From Laetmonice hystrix (taxonomy: Eukaryota), in assembly GCA_965235115.1 (NCBI GenBank), contig OZ249436.1:13084001-13148000 (forward strand): DNA of 64,000 nt. Reading direction: 5' to 3'. The translations under genes and the position numbers were made by a program. Below the pieces are notes generated by a model. That model worked only from the letters and a program-made list of their open reading frames with translations. It was not told the DNA's origin and did no database searches. Position 1 is the first letter of the stretch. Each line of letters starts with the position of its first letter. This document shows positions 1-13,200 of the stretch, piece by piece.

Positions 1-113
1 AGCGCAACCTGGACCACTCTCCCGCCACGTGTACACGTCCAGCCCAACCTGGACCACTCTCCCGCCACGTGTACACGTCCAGCCCAACCTGTACCACTCT
101 CCCGCCACGTGCA
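1..113. repeat. 40-bp minisatellite, ~2.8 copies visible (likely truncated by window start)
   Basis: Unit AGCCCAACCTGGACCACTCTCCCGCCACGTGTACACGTCC starts at 1, 41 and 81 with few substitutions. Confidence 0.93.
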
Positions 114-654
114 CACCTGCAGTCGGCCTCGCTCGCTCCACCTGGAGGCAAGTCGTGAAAGCTACGAGCCTACCACAGCGCCGCGAGAGCAGGACTTGGC
201 CACATCATTAAACATTGCATGATGGCCATCAGGGGTCGCTGTGGGTTGGACGATACCTCGCCTTCCGGTTTCCTAGCCCGGCCATTGCCCACATCCCCTC
301 GCCCTCGGGGGTGTGATGGCGTGCCCCCCCGTCTCACCACCGCCTTGGAGACACTGTCTGCAGACCACAGCATGCGACTCCAGGGTTGACCGCGCTTGGC
401 CTGACTTGGCTACAAGCCACACTGGTGCCATCAAGGAATTTCTGGTTCTTTATGTTGCCAGGCTCCTTTTAAAACCACTTCTTTACGTTGCTAATAATCT
501 GGATCGGTACAATTGTATTGTAGCACCTGGACCTAGGCATCATGGTTATCATACATCTTGGATGGACCTTTCGAAAGCGATTTGGGAATCAGCTTCAACT
601 AAAAAAAACACTACTTTCATGACAGAAAAATTTACCTTTTTTAATTGCTAGACA

Positions 655-737
655 CATTCCTCGTCCCTTCCCTCCACAATTCTTTGGGGAAGGCGCCCCC
701 CCCCCCCACATTTTTTGGGGAAGGGGCGAGGAATATG
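655..737. mobile_element. Short inverted-repeat element (MITE-like relic)
   Basis: ATTCCTCGTCCCTTCCC at ~656-672 pairs with GGGAAGGGGCGAGGAAT at ~718-734 around a poly-C core. No clear TSD. Confidence 0.45.
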
Positions 738-3700
738 AAACTATCCATGATTTAAGTTTCTCCTAGACCGGCATGTAGGTCTGAATGAAGCCACTCTCGA
801 CCATCGTCTCTCTTTCTGTCCCTGCTGGCTCGTAGAGTAGATGTGCACAGCCACATTATCAGCCAACCATCGCCTACCTCGACTCATTCACAGTCAACAG
901 GAACCATTGAGATCACGGATATCACGGCTATTACAACTCTCAGACTCAAACTCGGGCACTGTGGGGGGATTTTTCTCGACAGGGGACATCAAATTGGTAC
1001 ACGGCCACTGCTACACGTGCATATGACGTGGATGTAATGACTACTTCAATCAAGTCCCCCGGCTCAAGTCAAAGCGATTTTCCACAGATAATTGGAATGT
1101 CAGATTGCAAATATGAGACGATCTGAGTTAACAGGACTGTCAACTTCAATGTGTTAGGCTCAGCTATAAAGCCGATATTCTAACGACCTGTTAACCCTTC
1201 GAATACTAAACTTCATTTGCTATCACAGCAAGCAGTTTTGTTTATTTCGGAACTCACTAGTCCAAAATGTTTACAATCACATTTCACCCCCACTGCTGAC
1301 CTTCGGCTTTATTTTATTTGTTACCAGCAGAAATTATAAGTTACTTCCTTCTTCCAAAATTGGACATGTACGAACGTCACCATTCAGACATAGGCCTACA
1401 CCTACCTGATGTACCCACAAAAATCATGATATAATCAACCATTTTGGAGAGTCGCCTAATTTTATAACAACAAGAAAACTACCCACACAAAAACCTGTGT
1501 ATTAACAGATTATAGTGCGGCTTTTATACAACTGTGAGTTTATAGTTGCGGCATCTGAAGGAGGTGTGCAGTACCACTTTGTTCATCCCATGGTTGGCCT
1601 GGCTATTGGGTCCCGGACCGAACAGGTACACGCCGACAGTATATAAACAATACGAACACGTATATTTTGGATGCAGGTCCGTAATATTCCCACCGCTAGT
1701 ATCCACTGGACGTTTGCATGACTGTTATGCTCTTATGATCAGTCATCCAATCTCCCGGACGTAATCGTAGTGAAAGTGAACATCAAGCTCCGCTCCACCC
1801 CTTTTTGCTGGCAGCCTGTTTTTACATCAATGTTGCATACTGTCAATATTATGCCAGGACGGCATCGCTGACAACCTGTTTCCCATACTAATAGCATCTG
1901 AAACCCAGAGGAAAAATATGTGTCCCTGAGCAATACGTCGGCAGAGTGTGCCTGCAGCATTGTTTAAATTAGGGCCAACACTCCAATTACTTATTAAAGG
2001 AAAACTCTCATGGTTAAACCTGATTTTCCTGTTATGGAATGGAATGGATTAAGAGATTCTAATAGTGTACTCATAATAGTAAGTATCTGATACTTACCAT
2101 TCTCATTATACAGTTAGAGAATCATTTACTTTTATAGTTTAACACTTCAAGTCTTTATAACTTCTAAAATTTATGTTAACTGATTTTGTAAAAGTTATTT
2201 CCTGTCATGAGGTAACTTTCACTGTTTCTCGCCACAATCCATGCATACAAACTGCGATCGACCATATATACAGTTGCGACCATCTGGGCAATGACAGAGG
2301 TGTGTTTGTTATGGAATCTTCCAACTCTACAAACTCTGTGGGAACAATCTATGACCACTTAAGAAATGAAGAAGATTTGTAGTATGACCAGCATTCCTGA
2401 ACAACTTAGAAGAGAAATACCAGCTTGCTACAAAATGCATTTCACAGAGTGGCCCTATTTATGTATTTGAAAGAAACACAATATTAGTCCATACTCACAT
2501 TAAGAATGCAGACAGGTCTTCTCAAATATCCTTAATGATTCCTACACTGACTGCTTCAGCAGCGTGCACTCTTACCGTTAACTATAGACTAACAACAGAT
2601 TGGCCAGAGACTTCGGAGCTGTTACATCAAATCTAAGTTCACCTGAAGACATGAACCCTGGGCCTGAAATGAGAAGCTTCCCTCATCTGCTCTAGGTCGT
2701 GGAGGTCACCAGGATTTGTGGTAATCAAGACCATAATTAACATTCTAATTTGTTGCACTTCTCTAGATGAGAGTTACTGCTGGCACAAACTGCTCACCAC
2801 AGATTGGCCTCCTGATGAGGGCACGTTTTGCCTGCCTGATGTTAGTAAGGTCAAGGCAACAGCGATAGTTTGTATGCCAGACAATACCGTGCGTGTTTTC
2901 CAATGTAGAAATAGCCGTCTTCCGGACATCCTGCTGTATGTGAAACGGTCGGTTGGGAGGTGGTTCCTAAATGCTTAACTACCCTACCAGGGTCGCCTGT
3001 TCTGCGAACCTTTTAACGAAGTTAATTCATCTGGTATGATTGAGATGAATTCCTCAGTTTGCAGATATCGCGATGCCCGGGTAACGAACGCTTACATCAG
3101 TGAAACCGACGAAATAGAACGAAATTTTCGCCGATGTAAAATAAACGCGATTTCTCATTTCATTACATGTGGCCTATATCGGTTTGCAGGCGCATCGCTT
3201 GGAAAAGCCCAACCCAAATGTCGATATATAGGCACTACAAACAAAAGCGTCTATATTATGTTTGTCTTGCAAACACATTTGTATAGAATTCTATTTCCTA
3301 CGTCAGCAGGATATACGACCTACTTTAAGCGCGGTGGTTCGAAATGATGGGGTATCCATGGGTCTGTCAATGTTGATGGGGCTTCCGAATATCTATACGC
3401 ATTGCGAAACTACACAGAAGCCCTTTACTCAATTTGGCCACGGACAAGAATCTGCCCTTTCCAATTTCCTCTTAGCCCGGGAGCATCAGCCTAAAGTTTT
3501 TCTATTACATTTCCGTCGACTCCTCTTGATTCTGGGTGTACTGCTGAGAGGTCCTCGTCAGTTCGTCTTCACAGCAGCCAACCTATAAAACTGTTGATGT
3601 AGCCCAGCCACGATATTACTGGGGAGCATTCTAAAAATTCGGCACTTACAGATAGGACATTGAACGTCACATAAATCAAGATTTTCTCTATAAATGTCCG

Positions 3701-4486
3701 TCAGATTGCCCTGCTTAAGTAAGGATACTTTAGGTCACATATTATCAAAAGGGCGTGGGTTGTGCCTTTACTCTAGATTTCAGGGGAATACGGCCATGAA
3801 AAGCTAAAACAGAGATATAATTCCAATGATCCATTTGCCTGTCCACCTATAATTCGTCCCTCAATGCAACCTTCATTTCTTCTCCTACCAGTTCAGTTTT
3901 AGACAAGATGCCTACTCCATACGGCGATGACTGTAAAAAAATCGGTCATCCAATGTGAGCGGGAGACGCGTCATCCACGCCATTAGGCCGTGTCACATAG
4001 GCATTCAGAAGGTGCGAGCCTAAGTATTTACACACCAAACAAGCCGAGCCACCGCCACCACCACCGATTGGGATCTGGGTGGAAGGGTGCTGACGTCGGA
4101 TAAACTCTCCTGGGCCCCAGCCCCAGCCAGAGCATCGGCTGTGTACGGCCCCAGAATTCTAGCTACTGATCAGGTGCCTTCTATGTCTATACATGTATAC
4201 GAGTAGACACTGATGTCACACAGCTGTCACCAGAGGGTGCTCACAGGCAAACCCTCTCTCAACATGAGCACGGTAATGGACCTGGACGTGCTGATGTAGG
4301 AGACATCCACATCAGGCTTCCATTTTATGTTTTACGATTTAAACAATGCCCTGCTTATGAAGGTACGGTAAGATGTAGGCCTAAACATGAGGCACCATTC
4401 CATCACACCCAATATACTTTTGAACCACTCTTCATTCCATAATGTATCCGGAATCAGGATATTTACCGAACAACTAATGGTGATGG

Positions 4487-4601
4487 AGAGCGAGAGAGAG
4501 AGTGAGAGAGAGGAAGAGAGAGAAAGAGAGAGGGAGAAAGTGAGAGAAAAAGAGAGAGAGACAGACAGAGGCACACAGGCAGAGATAGACAGAGACAGAG
4601 A
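4487..4601. repeat. Imperfect (GA)n / (GACA)n microsatellite
   Basis: Purine-rich GA/GACA run; explains the SLSL and ERER ORFs at 4332-4719. Confidence 0.95.
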
Positions 4602-5730
4602 TATATTCTTGTCAGCCACCTTGCCATCAGAGTCAGCGTATACCCTCGAATACATGTTCTTAAACCATGGTCTTAAATACGAGAGGATATCGTCAAAATA
4701 TTATTCATATTTGTTCTGATCCTCTCCTACATCCATCGTTGATAGGCTTACAATGCCCTTCCATGTTGTATGTACACGTCTGATTCAGATGCCAATGCAA
4801 GGTCATGGGTACACATGCACCATGCACACTGAGGCCGACTGGTTCTGAGCCCAAATTTTCTTTATCTTTCTCTCAGGTAATGTGGATATATTTTCACATT
4901 TGATGGTCATGAAGTCAGATCATGGTGACAGAGCTCCGCTTGGTTGCAGACCGGTAAACAACATTTATAGAGAATAATGAAAGATGTTTCGGTGTTACAG
5001 AGTTGTTACAGACTGAAGCCTTCTATTCATGTCTCAGCCCACTTACAAACATAGCGACCCTCTATCTGCGCAGCTAGCCAGGACACTCAGAATGGCAGCG
5101 TACACCTTTCATCAGGGAAATGTTGATACTTGTGAATATTTTCACAGTAGACTGATGCCTTCTGACATGACAGACGTATGACTACTGGTAAGTTAATCAA
5201 TAAGCTGAAGGTTTACATAGGCGTGCACAAGTCCCTGATGACAGGCTTGACAGGCACCAACCATACTGGCACAAGCCTGTAGATATATGCATAACATTAT
5301 ATCATAATAGATCTATTACCGTATTATATACACTTGGTGGGAATATCAAAACAAAACGTAAAACTGTACTTGGTGCGTTGTATCTTTATCATGCAGGCAT
5401 TCAAGCGCAGATTCAGAAGATGTAGCAGCGATTTTTTAAATGCATATAATTAGCGTTGCTCAGAATATTCTGGATCACAAAGCGGTAGGCCCTACATTAG
5501 TGAGTGACTGACGTTGACTTTCCTGCCATCCTTAAGAGTAACATAAATTTGACTACGAGTCCGTGTAAATATAGGCCTGTCGAACCGCCCAGGCAGGATT
5601 TTCATTTGGGAGCAGGATCTTGGCGAATGATGCATGACCTGTCAGCGGGCGGGCGCGCACCCAGTTGGGTCCGGTAGGCCGGGTCGTGGACCCAGCGCGG
5701 AGTCCGGGGGCCATGGGGCACGCAACCGTA

Positions 5731-6820
5731 CCTACAGTTGAGGGTCGTGGCCCTCGGAGTCAGAGGGCCATGGGACCGTACCTACAGTTGAGGGTCGTGG
5801 CCCTCGGAGTCAGGGGGCCATGGGGCCGTACCTACAGTTGAGGGTCGTGACCCACGGAGTCAGAGGGCCATGGGGCCGCACCTACAGTTGAGGGTCGTGG
5901 CCCTCGGAGTCAGAGGGCCATGGGGTCGTACCTACAGTTGAGGGCCATGGCCCTCGGAGTCAGAGGGCCATGGGGCCGTACCTACAGTTGAGGGTCGTGA
6001 CCCTCGGAGTCAGAGGGCCATGGGGCCGCACCTACAGTTGAGGGTCGTGGCCCTCGGAGTCAGGGGGCCATGGGGCCGTACCTACAGTTGAGGGTCGTGA
6101 CCCACGGAGTCAGAGGGCCATGGGGCCGCACCTACAGTTGAGGGTCGTGGCCCTCGGAGTCAGAGGGCCATGGGGTCGTACCTACAGTTGAGGGTCGTGG
6201 CCCTCGGAGTCAGAGGGCCATGGGGCCGCACCTACAGTTGAGGGTCGTGGCCCTCGGAGTCAGAGGGCCATGGGGCCGTACCTACAGTTGAGGGTCGTGA
6301 CCCACGGAGTCAGAGGGCCATGGGGCCGCACCTACAGTTGAGGGTCGTGGCCCTCGGAGTCAGAGGGCCATGGGGCCGTACCTACAGTTGAGGGTCGTGA
6401 CCCACGGAATCAGAGGGCCATGGGGCCGCACCTACAGTTGAGGGTCGTGGCCCTCGGAGTCAGGGGGCCATGGGGCCGTACCTACAGTTGAGGGTCGTGA
6501 CCCACGGAGTCAGAGGGCCATGGGGCCGCACCTACAGTTGAGGGTCGTGGCCCTCGGAGTCAGAGGGCCATGGGGCCGCACCTACAGTTGAGGGTCGTGG
6601 CCCTCGGAGTCAGAGGGCCATGGGGCCGCACCTACAGTTGAGGGTCGTGGCCCTCGGAGTCAGAGGGCCATGGGGCCGCACCTACAGTTGAGGGTCGTGG
6701 CCCTCGGAGTCAGAGGGCCATGGGGCCGCACCTACAGTTGAGGGTCGTGGCCCTCGGAGTCAGGGGGCCATGGGGCCGTACCTACAGTTGAGGGTCGTGG
6801 CCCTCGGAGTCAGAGGGCCA
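5731..6820. repeat. GC-rich 50-bp minisatellite, ~22 copies
   Basis: Unit CCTACAGTTGAGGGTCGTGGCCCTCGGAGTCAGAGGGCCATGGGGCCG(T/C)A recurs at exact 50-bp period from 5731. A diverged precursor-like copy lies at ~5680-5730. Confidence 0.98.
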
Positions 6821-7162
6821 TTGAGCACACAACTGTACCTGCAGTTTGGGACAATCATGACGTCGGCATGCTCACACGCGCTCACCTCCCCACTCTCTAA
6901 CAGTCGATGGAATAACATCATTACGTGGAGGTACACATGTACACACTTTACATGTGCTCAGAATGTGAAACAGGTATCTCGTGTTTGCTGCACATCCTGC
7001 CAGAGTTGGCTTGATTCTGGTGAAATGCTGACCGTGTAACCCAACTAGCCTTATGATCATCTACCAGTCTCTCGAGTTTCCTTGTCGAATAAAAACGGTT
7101 ATGAAGGCAATGAAAGGATGCGCATTTTGGAGGAGAAAGGTACCTGTAGTGCAAATTGGGGA

Positions 7163-7250
7163 TGTAATCGGTAAGATTACAACCATTATAGTCTGCCTAT
7201 TATTTTGTAATCAGTAAGATTACAACCATTATAGTCTGCCTATTATTTTG
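7163..7250. repeat. 43-bp direct tandem duplication
   Basis: TGTAATC(G/A)GTAAGATTACAACCATTATAGTCTGCCTATTATTT occurs at 7163 and 7206 with one mismatch. Confidence 0.9.
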
Positions 7251-10200
7251 TGCTTTAGGTGTTCTAATCTTTTCACTATTATCTTTTTTTTAAACTAAAG
7301 TCATTACGATTTTTACTGCACTCATTTGTACTGAAAATCATCCTCCGTTTACGATATATTATAGATTGGATACCAAAAACTATACACCGTAACACGCATA
7401 CATGGTTGATAAAAAATCCGGAGCTGTAACTGCACTCAAATCACCGGGGGGATAAAAAGTCATGAAAATTTGCAATGAGGGGGTTAGTAAGATTTTAAAA
7501 CTTGTTAGCTTAAATCGAAGACGCAGCACAGGGCGATAATATTCCGAATGAAATGGCTAGTCGATTGCTTAGACTACACTTTGATCACGATCTGCCAAGA
7601 ATGCTACGACTACAAGGAGGTATTTTTCAAATATTGCCATGTCAATTTAGGTACTTTTGCTGAAAAGAGAGGATTTTGTCTGTCACCTTATACTTGAGTT
7701 ATAGGGATTTCTAACCTTAAAATTAGTAGTTAGTAATCATGAGGCGATGCTAACACCGACGGTCGTTCAATAGAGTCAGATCAACTCTTTCTCTTGAGAT
7801 AAAACCTTAGACTAGTTCCTTCTTTGTACCATTCATCTTTCCCAAGCTAACGCTTTAATAATTATTATCATCTCATAATAACAAATTATGGGTTATTTTA
7901 TTGTTAGTGAAAGCGTTAATTCTTGACGACGAGAACACTCTAAAGCCCCACAACAGAAGACAGCCCTGATGCCAGACATTATTATCACATTGATTGATTT
8001 TGATGAACGTCGCATCAAATACACAGATCCAAATTTTGTTGACACGGAATTTACCTTGGCTCCTATCTATCATTATGTCGATGCACAAATGGCTCATGAC
8101 TCTTCGTGATGAGTCAAACGTTTAAAGATTGTGCTGTAAATGATAAAATACAATGATAAGCATACATTTCATTTTATTACTTACAAAATACCATTTTCAT
8201 TCTACATACTAACCGATGACACATTCACATCACAAAACTACCCATACCACAACCACACAATCACCAAATTGTTGACACTTTCCATTGGGATAAACCAGTA
8301 CAGCACAACCATCCGAAGCCGCACATATCTAATACTATGAGTGCAGCTTTTAAGGTATTTCTTCTAAGTGCTCTTTCTCTACTTGAACTATATGTACACT
8401 ACAGCTACCAATGGCCTTGTGGATGCGGGAAGGTCTACTCACCAAGAAAAAAGGGTACTCGTCAAGGGACGAGTAAACGGTGAATTTTGTCACCTGAAAG
8501 ATACGATTTGATGTCGTTGTTAGTCTCTAGGTCTGCTTGTTATTCACAATACAATTTGTTTCAACACGCATTACACTACCGTGGTGCGGGCTGTGTAAAG
8601 CTGGCGTACTTTTCGAGCAGGCGGAGTTTTTCTTGTCAGTTTCAAGCCGCTTTTGGTGGTACAATTAAACAGGAATCGACAACCAATCATTACGGCATGA
8701 AAACTGGCGGGAAACGATCGCCTGGTGCTCAATGCACAGTCGTACACCTGGAACGCCTTAATTGGGCCACTCTCCGCGGAATCTACTGAATCATGACATT
8801 CACAAATAGCTCCTACTCTGGAAGGAGCACACACTTCAAGGTAATTACGTTCGTAAACATTTAATCAGCTTGACATACACTCATGAAAATTAATCTAATT
8901 TTTTCCATGCTTTAATTAACATTTCTTTACTTTCAATATTATCTTTCTTCCCCTGCACTACTTTGACATGGAAAGGCTGCCCTATGTTTGTATTTTTATA
9001 TACGCCACACATCTCTACACGTGTAGCGAGGATATGAACAAAAACCGAATAGGTTTATCGTCGACAATTATATCCAGACACACTCTCGCAAAGAATTCAT
9101 ATTACAAAATTAGAGATTACGAATTCCAAATTAAAAAGAAAAGAGATCTTGTCAATATTAAGGGGACTGAAAGCAGCGACGGGATTTCTTGGCTTAAAAG
9201 GTAAGCATCAAACTCAGTGCTAGATGTATTGAGAATGTGTGTAGTATTGGGTGGCGGCCATCTTCTCCGCCACTGATGTTTGCCGCCTGTCAACGACACA
9301 CCCATGTGATCAAGTTAAAACACACACACATTTAAAGCCATACGTATGGTAAACGATGCCGTAGCTGTGCTCCTAATGATCTGTACCATGCAATAGAAGA
9401 GTCGAAGATGCCTTCTTAGTTCTCAGTAACTTTTTTATTACGTTTTTTCACCTGGCATCTCCTTCCCTTTTTAATGCAAACGCAAAAAATGTAGCAATTA
9501 ATATGTGGCTAATGGCATAGAAAGCGAAGTCTCAACAGTACAAGTCTGTTGTAAGGCTAACAATAGATTAAGATTAATACATAAAACAATTTTCACTATT
9601 GCATTCACTCAACTGCTCTTAAAAGGATTATCATCAATGATTTGGTTCATATGTTGGCAAATGTACGCCACAAAGGTGGCTGATCTTATTTACCTGAAGC
9701 CCTGTGTTTTTATACGTATGACGCTTATGCCCTCTAAGGTGACATGAAACAACTAGACTTACAACATATTTCCTAATAAAAGTAGTTTTATGAATGAGAC
9801 ATTTGTCTCCTCACCACTAAAAATAACAAAGACATGAATCTTTGTATTCGAAACTGATTAATGCCCGACCATAGTCATGTTTTATTTGCCGAGTTTCTGA
9901 ACCAATCCATTTACACGGAGTGCAGAACACACACAGTATAGCTTGATGTGTACTAGCTTTCACAAGTTACAGCAAATAGCTTACGCCTTCATCAAAGTGT
10001 TGATTTGCAGAGGCAAATTGCGATGGCAGACAACGCTCTTGCAGGTGCCTTTAAAACAGGCCTCCGGTGACTGTCTACCCTTTGGATGCATCACACTTCA
10101 TGGATCAATACATCTGCACTTGGACTTCAAAAGACGTACCCCTTTCTGTACCGCCGTGCCCGAATACGACTGTGCATTCAACACAGCGCACGTTATTACG

Positions 10201-13200
10201 TGTACGCCAGCACGTACAACGTTATGCAGACGTTGCTAGTGCTACTCTGTCGTAGTTCTTGTGTAGGTATAATGAACTTTAGATAATATTGTTACATTAG
10301 ACGAGGGATTGCAGGTACAAATCATTTCGAAAGGCTAAGCTGGAGCAAACCAACACGAGAGTAGATCACCTTTAATATGCCTCTAGCTTTTGATGCTACC
10401 ATCATTCGATATTCTTTGACAAAACAATATTCATATCACCAAGCTGAGGTGGTCTGAAAGTCATTCAAGAGTAGGCCTATTTATAACAGGTTCTAGAAAG
10501 GATGGAACGTAGACCAGCCCCTTTAATACGACATTACATCGCCCACCATCAACAATGATTCGGCCATAGGCAGGGCTAGCTCTGTGAACAAATTTGGTTC
10601 AGGTTCAGAATGGACCGTATATAACAGGCTCTTTCCTAACATTGGATGACTAATCACATTCTGTGTGGCAGCAAACTAGCAGAACGAGGTTTGTACACCA
10701 ATATTACGCTTTGGCTAACTGCTATAGCAGCATTGTACCATCGGGTGTCTTTTATATTACAAATCTTTGTAAAAAGGTCGATTTCTTGAAATTGGTGGAC
10801 CTTGGGGGAAAAAACAACCACAGCAGAGTGACAAATTATTGACCCGGCCGCCGCTTTCTGACTGGGTGAGTCTGACCTCTTATATAGGTCAGGAGACCTA
10901 CAACGCCGCGAGCTATCTATCCAACGTCTGTATCCCTCTGTCTGGCGCAGCATACGATCAATCCCTTAAAGCTACGGAAGCTCATGTTAAATTATGAAAG
11001 AAAAACAATCCTTGGACCAGCTTGGTGATGGAGCAGGGGAGTCCTGGCAGTGGCAGGCTGCCGGGCAGTCAGGTTGGCCATTAATCGACTCCACAAACAT
11101 AATTATATCCTTGAATGCAGAACCATTTTTGTTTGCAAGGCGAAAGGAGATTGGCCAAAGAAAAACGTGCAAATCTGAGAGCAAGATTCTAAACAGCTCC
11201 GATCAGACATGGTTTTACCTTGTTCCTTTACCTGTTTTTCTTACTGCCGTGATGACTTGCTTAAAAAGTTCATTTACACATAAATGCTGACAATTATTTA
11301 TCGATTCCTTAAACCTGTTTTTTCACCCATTTTGTTTTCCATTAATCCATCTGGACTACACTTTCAACCAATCTTACGGACACAAGGAGGCGTGAGTAGT
11401 CTGAATAGACTTTCAATAATAATTTCTTGCTGTGTTCTACAAGATGTTACAATTAACATGTCCTCAAATCAATGCGCGAGAATCCCTGAGAAAGTTTTCT
11501 ACTGATTGATTTTAAGGGCATTCAACATGTAATCAAACAATCATTTGATAACAATGGTTTCGTCGGTGTTTGTTTTTGAATACCGGGTACATGTGAATAC
11601 AACTCGTTAAAATTCGGACCATGACTATCATCTACATAAAATCCGGTTTTGCTGAGAGACATCTCCTTATATGGTAGTATTCATACTTTCATACCTTCTA
11701 AATACCCCTTCACCTATTCACTTGAAGCTGAGAGAGATACGTATCCTTCTAAAGTCAACATTACCCTCACCATGATTTTTTATAAACCACAATTAGCGTC
11801 CATGTAATAGAATGAATGTATAACAAAAGAACAATCACTTTTTAATTACAAGTCAAAGCATGCCTTAATGAATTGATTTCCTCGCGTCTGGCAAGACACA
11901 GATACTAAAGGGAAGCATTTCTATGAGACCCCAGCCTTGTCGTGTAGCATCCTTGTCCCCTATCTGATTGCTTCAATCTGGCTTATTCTCAGGTCATAAT
12001 TGAGTCTGGCAGGCCCACACAGAAGTCCTGACAAGCACAGCAGCCAGATGTGGTAGATTGGCTCCGTCACTATGACTGCAGTCGCTTTTAAATGATTCCT
12101 GGCATGTGATTCATGTTTTCTTCCTTCTGTTCAGTTTCATATTGTAAAAACAACGAGGTTTGAGACTGACGTGTATCTTGTGTCTGAAATGTGTCTTTCT
12201 CCTTCTTAAGATAATAAATAATACTCCATTAAACTGACCAAAATAACAGGGATGCCGTACAACTGTGGCGACTGAATAATAATTGACATAATTTGATTAT
12301 TACCGAAACCTGACAGCAGCATAACTGTAACTTTCTCAGTGTTTCCTGGAATACAAGAAATGCTTCCATAGAAAGCACATACCGGGGGGTATATAAATAT
12401 CAGTATTTCAAGGTTTCACCACTCAGATAACCATACAGTTTTGAACAATATGAATCTTCATTTTAAATGTAATGTCTCTGTAATGTCTCTGCTTTGCTTA
12501 TTGCTAAAGAGCCAAAGGAGTGAAATAGTAGAGTGCAGTAGATGTTTGAATGTCTGTTTGGCCTTACAACATTCCATTTATATACTTTATCCCGAGAAAT
12601 CGCTGCATTTCCTTTAAAAATCGTCGTTTAGCATCGATCTACGTAGACGATAAAGGTACACTTTAATTTGCCTTAAATTAGTAATACTGAATACGTGGTA
12701 TTTAAAGAAAAACCCACTGATCGAAACTGTGGCGTAAAACGATTGTCCTACAAGTTCGTTTGAATGACGCTGTCATGAAAGAAACAGATGGCAAGCCTGA
12801 TCCTGACAGCAAGAATGTAGCCTTACAGTTGTCTAGACTGCAAAAACGAGCAGTTAGCTGTTCTTCCCGGTAATCAGCTGTTGTTGAAACCTTACAACGG
12901 CTGTCGACCTGCTACAGTGCCTTGTCAGCACCGGCTGCTGTCGGGGTCCGTGTCAGCTCTAACCACGCACTACTAGACTGGCACAGTCTGGTCAGCGGGA
13001 AATCTTTGTAACCTCTTTCCATTTCCTTGCTGGAGCTCCTGCAACCATGTCATTTCATTTCTTCCAGTTACAAATTGCGTTGAAGTCTGGACCTCAGTTT
13101 TTTTATTGTGGTTTGTCTTGTAAGTTTGATATAAAAAAAACTATTTTCCAAGAACTTTTTCTTTCTGTTTTCTTTGGATGCCGGCGGCACACTTGGGTTG

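Noticed and set aside
3428..3582. Possible minus-strand exon (TTTTATAG acceptor, GA|GTAAAG donor)
   Set aside because: Weak polypyrimidine tract, stops in all three frames and no recognisable protein. It could be a UTR exon but cannot be supported from sequence alone.
4332..4719. ORFs with SLSL and ERER runs
   Set aside because: Translation of a GA microsatellite.
5731..6820. CRISPR-like array (regular period, palindromic core)
   Set aside because: Units are contiguous with no unique spacers, there are no cas genes, and the context is eukaryotic. The same applies to the 30-, 42-, 90- and 146-bp arrays.
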